This document shows positions 58,412 through 64,000 of a DNA stretch of 64,000 bases, in pieces. Source of the stretch: Terrimicrobiaceae bacterium (GTDB lineage Bacteria > Verrucomicrobiota > Verrucomicrobiia > Chthoniobacterales > Terrimicrobiaceae). Where the stretch lies: assembly GCA_041752695.1 (NCBI GenBank), contig JBGSVZ010000031.1, forward strand, positions 64,001 to 128,000, given 5' to 3'. Every line of letters begins with the position of its first letter. Position 1 is the stretch's first letter. Under the pieces are notes generated by a model, which had not been told where the DNA came from, searched no databases, and worked only from the letters and a program-made list of their open reading frames with translations. The position numbers and the translations under genes are program-made.

Positions 58412-59950
58412 ATGAACGATTTTAATTCCGACGATCCGCAGTTTCAACTCATGCAGCGAAAGCTCGCTAGCTATGATTGGCGACGCCTGCTGCGCCATGT
58501 GCTTTGCCCGGCGCAAGTGCATGTAAAAGAGGCGGCACCGACGGATTTTGCGGCGATGTTTTTTCATGAGATGAACCCGGAGGACATCGCGCGGTATCAG
58601 GGCGCGTGTGAGATTCCGGGTTTGCTCTGCGGAGACTTTGAGTCGGGGACCGGATTTCCCTCCATGTTTGGGATGGGGATGGCGGGTGATGCGGACTTGG
58701 CCTATACGATGGGCAAGGGCGTCGCGCTTCAGAAGCGGAGGCTTGGCTTTAACTGGACGCTGGCGCCGGTCTGCGACATCGCGCTGGATATCGACAGTCC
58801 GATGGTGGGCTTGCGGGCGGCTGGTGAGACGGCGGATCAGGTCATTCCCGTGACGACGGGGTACCTGCGGGGCTTGCAGGATCATGGGATGGCGGCGACG
58901 GCCAAACATTTCCCCGGTGATGGGTTTAATTCTTTGGATCAGCATGTGACCACGCCGGTCAATCGGATGACGGAGCCGGAATGGCGGGCAACGTATGGGC
59001 GGACGTTTGGTGCCGCGATTGAGGCGGGTGTCGCCTGCATCATGCCTGGGCATCTTGGTTTAGCCTGGGCGGAAAAGCCCGATTCCCGCAACGGGGTTCA
59101 TCCTCCGGCGACGGTGTCAAAACGTCTCCTCACCGGATTGGTCCGCGAGGAAATGGGGTTTTCTGGGGTGATCGTTTCCGATGCGATGGGGATGGGCGGG
59201 GTGGCGGGATTTATGAATCCTTATGATTCCTATGCCGCTTTTCTGGAAGCTGGTGGGGATATTCTGCTCTTTGCCAGGTATGACGGTTTTTTGGAAAACG
59301 AGATCGAGCGCTGTCTGCGCGAGGGGAAATTAAAAGAGGAGACACTCTATCTGCGGGCCCTGAATGTTTTGCGCTTGAAGCAGAGCTTCGGCTTGTTCGA
59401 GGAAAAATCCGAGGCTGTCCCGGAGGTGGCCACGGAGGAGTGGGATGCGGCGGGCCTGGCCGCGACGGCGAAGGCGGTGAGGGTCGTGCGGGACTTGCCG
59501 AAGCTGCTCCCGCTCGCCCCGAAGCCGGGAGGAAAGATTCTGCATTTGTATATCGGGAACCATCCAGACGATGCGGCGAAAAGACTGGAGGACTTTTCCG
59601 ATCTGTTGGCGGCGGAGTCAGGTGGGGAGGTGACGTTCTGGTGCGATCCCGGTCCGGAAAAACTCTTTTTTGCCCTACGCGAGAAGCCCTTTGATCTGGT
59701 GGTGGCGTCCCTCTGGAATCAGCCCGACTACGGGGCCAATGTTCTTCGCCTGCACGGGCCGGTGGCGCGCAACATGATGGATGGCTGGATGCATCTCGGC
59801 ACGCCGGTGGTCTTTGTGCAGCACGGGTATCCGTTTCATTACCGGCATTATCCGGCGGCGATGGAGACGGTGATCAGCACGTATGGTTTCAACAAGGATT
59901 CGCTGCCGCTGGTGACGGAGCTGATCTTTAAGAAGAAAATCTTGCTCTGA
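58412..59950 (+). CDS. GH3 glycoside hydrolase, NagZ-like subgroup
   Basis: GDFESG, LAPVCD, KHFPGDG..DQH, IMPGH, IVSDAMGM. Confidence 0.9.
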   Translation: MNDFNSDDPQFQLMQRKLASYDWRRLLRHVLCPAQVHVKEAAPTDFAAMFFHEMNPEDIARYQGACEIPGLLCGDFESGTGFPSMFGMGMAGDADLAYTMGKGVALQKRRLGFNWTLAPVCDIALDIDSPMVGLRAAGETADQVIPVTTGYLRGLQDHGMAATAKHFPGDGFNSLDQHVTTPVNRMTEPEWRATYGRTFGAAIEAGVACIMPGHLGLAWAEKPDSRNGVHPPATVSKRLLTGLVREEMGFSGVIVSDAMGMGGVAGFMNPYDSYAAFLEAGGDILLFARYDGFLENEIERCLREGKLKEETLYLRALNVLRLKQSFGLFEEKSEAVPEVATEEWDAAGLAATAKAVRVVRDLPKLLPLAPKPGGKILHLYIGNHPDDAAKRLEDFSDLLAAESGGEVTFWCDPGPEKLFFALREKPFDLVVASLWNQPDYGANVLRLHGPVARNMMDGWMHLGTPVVFVQHGYPFHYRHYPAAMETVISTYGFNKDSLPLVTELIFKKKILL

Positions 59951-60087
59951 ACCGGCGTCGAATCAGATGGCTGGTTTTATCCTGCGCCGTGCCGTTTTCA
60001 GGGCAGGCATTTGCGGTGCCGGTGCTGCTGTTGGCTCCCAATCCGGATGATCTCGGGTAGATTCGCACTTGGAAAGTCCTGTCGGCA

Positions 60088-60984
60088 TCATTTTAGCTTA
60101 TTGGAAAGACTCGCTCGCGGCCCGTGGCCGTAGGCCTGGCTGAAGACTTTGTAGAATTGCGCGTAGCTGCCAAACCCGGCGGCGAAGACGGCTTCGGATA
60201 AATTTTTCTGGGTCGGCTGACGGTATTCCTCCCAGAAACGGGCTAGTCGCAGAGAGTTGCGATAGCGGTTGAGTGGGACACCGATTTGCCTGCAAAACGT
60301 GCGGCTAAGGTAGGCATCGCTCACGCCGCAGGCCTGCGCCAGTTGCGCGAAATCCTTTTCCCATGCGCCTTCGCTGAGCAATTGGATCGCCCGTTGCACC
60401 GCCGGATGCAGGGACACCGGATCATCCAGGATTTTCCCCGTGCGTTGGCTCCGCCAGCAAAGCAGCAGGAGATGATGCAGTCCTGCGTTTAAGCCATCGG
60501 GGTCGCCGTGCTCGAAACGAAAATTCGAGCCGACTCCAAAACCTCCCTCGCGATTCAGCACATCGGGATCGAGCGAGTCCTGCATGAGGGAATCCATCGT
60601 CTTGCGGATGAGATCGAAGGACTCGGGCGGCAGCAGCGTTTGTAAAACTCCCTGGTGGGCGTTTTTCCGTCGCTTCAATCCCTCATAAGCTGGTGTGTGG
60701 CAGGACCGGGCGATCAGCGCGGGATTGAAGACGGCGACGTAATATTGGGCGTCGTCGGAGCGGTCCACCAACTGATGTTCCTGCGCCGGATACAACCAAA
60801 GCAAGGTGCGTGTGGAGAAGGTAAAGCGCTGCCCGCCGACGATGTAAGTAATCGAACCACGCACTACGAGATTCAGCTCCAGCTCGACGTGGTGATGGCT
60901 CTTCAAAATCGGCGGATTGCGCGAGGACTCGGCCAGAAAAAGAAAGCCGTCGTAGCGCTTCCCGATCTTCAAATTTTCCAGCAT
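60088..60984 (-). CDS. AraC-family regulator
   Basis: SHHHVELELN cupin; SDAYLSRTF...YRNSLRL...AGFGSYAQFYKVF. Confidence 0.92.
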   Translation of the reverse strand: MLENLKIGKRYDGFLFLAESSRNPPILKSHHHVELELNLVVRGSITYIVGGQRFTFSTRTLLWLYPAQEHQLVDRSDDAQYYVAVFNPALIARSCHTPAYEGLKRRKNAHQGVLQTLLPPESFDLIRKTMDSLMQDSLDPDVLNREGGFGVGSNFRFEHGDPDGLNAGLHHLLLLCWRSQRTGKILDDPVSLHPAVQRAIQLLSEGAWEKDFAQLAQACGVSDAYLSRTFCRQIGVPLNRYRNSLRLARFWEEYRQPTQKNLSEAVFAAGFGSYAQFYKVFSQAYGHGPRASLSNKLK

Positions 60985-61079
60985 TTGGACAAAATACGAT
61001 CACTTTTGGTCAGGTGTCGAGAGGACGCTCTTGCGGGGGGTCGGTAAGTTCGGGATGAACATTACTCTTTCCCCAAAAC

Positions 61080-63362
61080 ATGAGCCACGAATCCGCTGTT
61101 CTGACCAAACCCCCGACGCAACTCGATTACAGCCTCACCGGCCTGAACTCCACGCTCGCCATCGAACGCGGTCTGGCCGAGGCGGAATGGTATCAGACCC
61201 CTGTGCCGCGCGAGACGATGCGCAAGCTGCTTGAACGCCGCGACGGCCCGGCCTTGCGGGACACGATTTTGTGGTTCGCGCTGATCCTCGGCTCCGGCTA
61301 CGCCACCTATGCCTCATGGGGTTCGTGGTGGGCGGCCCTGCCTTACATGGTTTATGCGGTGCTCTATGCCTCGACTTCGGATTCGCGCTGGCATGAGTCG
61401 GGCCACGGCACGGCGTTCAAGACCGATTGGATGAACAACGTGCTCTACGAGATTGCCTCTTTCATGGTCATGCGCGAATCGACGGTCTGGCGTTGGAGTC
61501 ACACCCGGCATCACAGCGATACCATCATCGTCGGACGTGATCCGGAAATCGTGGTGCCGCGTCCGCCGAACGTTAGGAACCTGATTCTCGGATTTTTCGT
61601 GCTGACGGTTTATCCCAGTTATTTCAAACACATCGTGCTGCACGCCCTTGGCCGCATGACGCCGGATGAGAAGACTTACATTCCCGAAAGTGAGTTCCCG
61701 AAGATTTATTTCAAGGCTCGGATCTATCTGGCCATCTATCTTGGCGTCATCGCCCTGGCGATGGCGACGGGCAGCATTCTCCCGCTGCTCTTCGTCGGGT
61801 TGGTGAACATTTTCGGTTCCTGGCTGATGAGTGTCTATGGCCTGACGCAACATGCCGGCCTTGCGGAAAACGTGCTCGATCATCGGCTGAACTGCCGCAC
61901 GGTTTATATGAATCCGATCAACCGTTACCTCTATTGGAACATGAACTACCACGTGGAGCATCACATGTTTCCCTTGGTGCCGTATCATGCCCTGCCGCAG
62001 TTGCACGAGGCGGTGAAAGCGGATATGCCAGAGCCGTATCCGAACCTGCTTGCCGCCTGGAGTGAGATCATTCCTGCGGTGTTGCGTCAGGTTAACGACC
62101 CGGCCTATTACGTGAAACGCAAGCTGCCCGATCCCGTCGTCAAATCGCCCGAAGGCCTGCAAGTCTCTGAAGTAAAGGCGGACGCCGGAGGCTGGATCGA
62201 AATCTGCGCCGCCGCCGACCTCGGTCGTGCTGATGTGCTCCGTTTCGATCATGGGAAAAAAACCTACGCCCTTTACCGCGATGAAAATGGCCAGCTTTAC
62301 GCCACCGACGGCATCTGCACCCATGGAAACACCCACCTCGCCGATGGCCTCGTCAAGGGCGACATCATCGAATGTCCGAAACACAACGGGCGATTCCATC
62401 TCGCCGATGGTTCACCCGCCCGTCCGCCGATCTGTCGTGGCCTCGCCACCTATCCGCTGGAGGAACGCAACGGACGGCTTCACCTGAATATTGTCCGTGC
62501 TGGTGGAGCCGCCGTTCGCACCCAAAAGACCTACCAACTCCGCGCTGTGAGCAATCGCAACGTCGCCACTTTCATCAAGGAGCTTGTCCTCGAACCTGCC
62601 GACCCATTGGAAAAAATCACCTTCACCCCCGGCGATTATTTGCAAATCGACATCCCCGCCTACGACGAAATTCGTTTCCGCGATTTCGATATTCCCGAAC
62701 CCTACGCCACCGTCTGGGAAAACCAGCACGTCTTCGATCTCGTCGCCTGCAACCCCGCCGCCGGTCGCCGCAATAATTACTCACTCGCCAGCAATCAACA
62801 GACCGAACGCACCCTGCGTTTCAACGTCCGCATTGCCACGCCGCCGCCCGGTCAGGATTGTCCGCCCGGCGTAGGCTCCAGCTATGTTTTCAACCTGAAA
62901 CCCGGCGATCCCGTCACCGCCATTGGTTCCTTCGGCGATTTCCACATCAAGCCCACCCAGCGGGAAATGCTCTACATCGGGGGTGGCGCGGGCATGGCAC
63001 CCTTGCGCTCGCACCTCTCGCATTTGTTCGAGACCGAGAAGACCGCCCGGAAGGTCAGCTTCTGGTACGGTGCCCGCTCAAAGCAGGAGATTTTTTACGA
63101 AGACTACTTTCAGCAACTGGCAGCGGAATATCCGAATTTCGCCTTTCATTTGGCCCTCTCCTCGCCGTTGCCGGAGGACACCTGGAGCGGTCTCCAAGGT
63201 TTCATTCACGAAGTCGTTTTGGAAAAATATCTCGCCTCGCATTCCAATCCCAAAGCGGTGGAATACTATCTCTGCGGCCCGCCCATGATGATCAAGGCTT
63301 GCACCAAAATGCTCGCCAATCTTGGAGTTCCGGCCAATCAAATCGCTTACGACGAATTTTAA
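61080..63362 (+). CDS. Fusion: membrane di-iron desaturase-like (MocD) + Rieske ferredoxin (MocE) + NqrF-like FAD/NADH reductase
   Basis: His boxes HESGH, HTRHH, HVEHH; CTH...CPKH; NVRIATPP, GGGAGMAP, FWYGARS, YLCGPPMM. Confidence 0.9.
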   Translation: MSHESAVLTKPPTQLDYSLTGLNSTLAIERGLAEAEWYQTPVPRETMRKLLERRDGPALRDTILWFALILGSGYATYASWGSWWAALPYMVYAVLYASTSDSRWHESGHGTAFKTDWMNNVLYEIASFMVMRESTVWRWSHTRHHSDTIIVGRDPEIVVPRPPNVRNLILGFFVLTVYPSYFKHIVLHALGRMTPDEKTYIPESEFPKIYFKARIYLAIYLGVIALAMATGSILPLLFVGLVNIFGSWLMSVYGLTQHAGLAENVLDHRLNCRTVYMNPINRYLYWNMNYHVEHHMFPLVPYHALPQLHEAVKADMPEPYPNLLAAWSEIIPAVLRQVNDPAYYVKRKLPDPVVKSPEGLQVSEVKADAGGWIEICAAADLGRADVLRFDHGKKTYALYRDENGQLYATDGICTHGNTHLADGLVKGDIIECPKHNGRFHLADGSPARPPICRGLATYPLEERNGRLHLNIVRAGGAAVRTQKTYQLRAVSNRNVATFIKELVLEPADPLEKITFTPGDYLQIDIPAYDEIRFRDFDIPEPYATVWENQHVFDLVACNPAAGRRNNYSLASNQQTERTLRFNVRIATPPPGQDCPPGVGSSYVFNLKPGDPVTAIGSFGDFHIKPTQREMLYIGGGAGMAPLRSHLSHLFETEKTARKVSFWYGARSKQEIFYEDYFQQLAAEYPNFAFHLALSSPLPEDTWSGLQGFIHEVVLEKYLASHSNPKAVEYYLCGPPMMIKACTKMLANLGVPANQIAYDEF

Positions 63363-63365
63363 GCC

Positions 63366-64000
63366 GTGGCCTTTCTCCTCAACGACGGTTCCGGCGCACC
63401 GCCGAAACTCCGGGTTTATCTCAATCTGGACAACCTCGTCGATCTCCGCCCTGACTCCCGTTGGCGCGGTTGGGAAGGTCGGGAGCAGGACGAACATCTG
63501 TTCGCTGACGGGTTTGAAGGCGTGCAACTCACCAACAACGAACCGCCATCCGCAGATGGCTTTTTGCCGCATTGCGGACTGGACCGCATCAACACGCCTG
63601 CGGAGGCCGATTCCATCGCCGCCCGGCATGCGGCGAGGGGCGATCAATGCCTCACCGTTCATGCGGGCTGGGGTTTGGAAGAGGACGCGGAAATGTTTGC
63701 CATCGTCGAAGCCATCCTCGCCGCTTCGGACAAACAGCGGATTCCCATTTTTATCGAAACTCATCGGGCCACGATCACGCAGGATTTGTGGCGCACCGTG
63801 GAGATCACCAAAAAGTTTCCGGGAGTGCGCTTCAATGGGGACTTCAGCCATTATTATTGCGGGCAGGAAATGGTTTATGGCGGATTGGAAATGAAGCTCG
63901 CCTTCATGCAACCGATCTTCGACCGCATCGGATTCCTCCACGGACGGATCGCGAGCCCAGGTTCGATGCAAGTGCCCATCGACTCAGACCTCCACGCGCG
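63366..64000 (+). CDS. Xylose-isomerase-like TIM barrel protein (3' end beyond window)
   Basis: Manual translation from GTG 63366: ...GFEGVQ...TVHAGWG...IETHRATITQD...NGDFSHYY...LHGR. Confidence 0.8.
   Translation, partial: MAFLLNDGSGAPPKLRVYLNLDNLVDLRPDSRWRGWEGREQDEHLFADGFEGVQLTNNEPPSADGFLPHCGLDRINTPAEADSIAARHAARGDQCLTVHAGWGLEEDAEMFAIVEAILAASDKQRIPIFIETHRATITQDLWRTVEITKKFPGVRFNGDFSHYYCGQEMVYGGLEMKLAFMQPIFDRIGFLHGRIASPGSMQVPIDSDLHA

Noticed and set aside
46764..61002. ATACGATCA shared by both AraC intergenic regions, and GACTAAAACC at 32481 and 46776
   Set aside because: Only two copies each; cannot be separated from chance.
61080..63362. Na+-NQR respiratory subunit nqrF
   Set aside because: No nqrA-E, no N-terminal NqrF anchor or plant-type 2Fe-2S domain; fused to an oxygenase.

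Overview
GC-rich bacterial sequence, almost certainly Verrucomicrobiota (Chthoniobacter/Terrimicrobium-like), judged from the Verru_Chthon cassette, the PEP-CTERM protein and the integrase type. Bases 1-15.5 kb are core genome: accC, accB, secG, panC, nadB, rnpB, pstS-like, kup, lipB, ruvC, a GT9 gene, ffs, fur and argH. Right after argH a tyrosine-integrase island begins, apparently by cutting the 5' end of the next gene. It carries a HipBA pair, an excisionase, a conjugation (T4SS) operon gutted by deletion, and a LytS/LytTR pair with a matching 21-bp-period repeat. From about 24.8 kb to the end of the window is glycan-catabolism cargo: a split Verru_Chthon pilin-like cassette, LacI, a PEP-CTERM protein, a beta-helix enzyme, GH39, two GH74-like proteins, GH1, GH3, an esterase, small exported proteins and a further prepilin. 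It ends with a desaturase-Rieske-NqrF (MocD/E/F-like) triple fusion. Main finding: a 16-bp pseudo-palindrome (consensus GCTTAAAYTATYAAGC) recurs at least 9 times in promoter regions between 25.5 and 58.3 kb, including upstream of lacI itself. It links the pilin-like genes and the CAZymes into one putative regulon that has no recognisable sugar transporter. All calls are by-eye motif recognition; no database searches were run.
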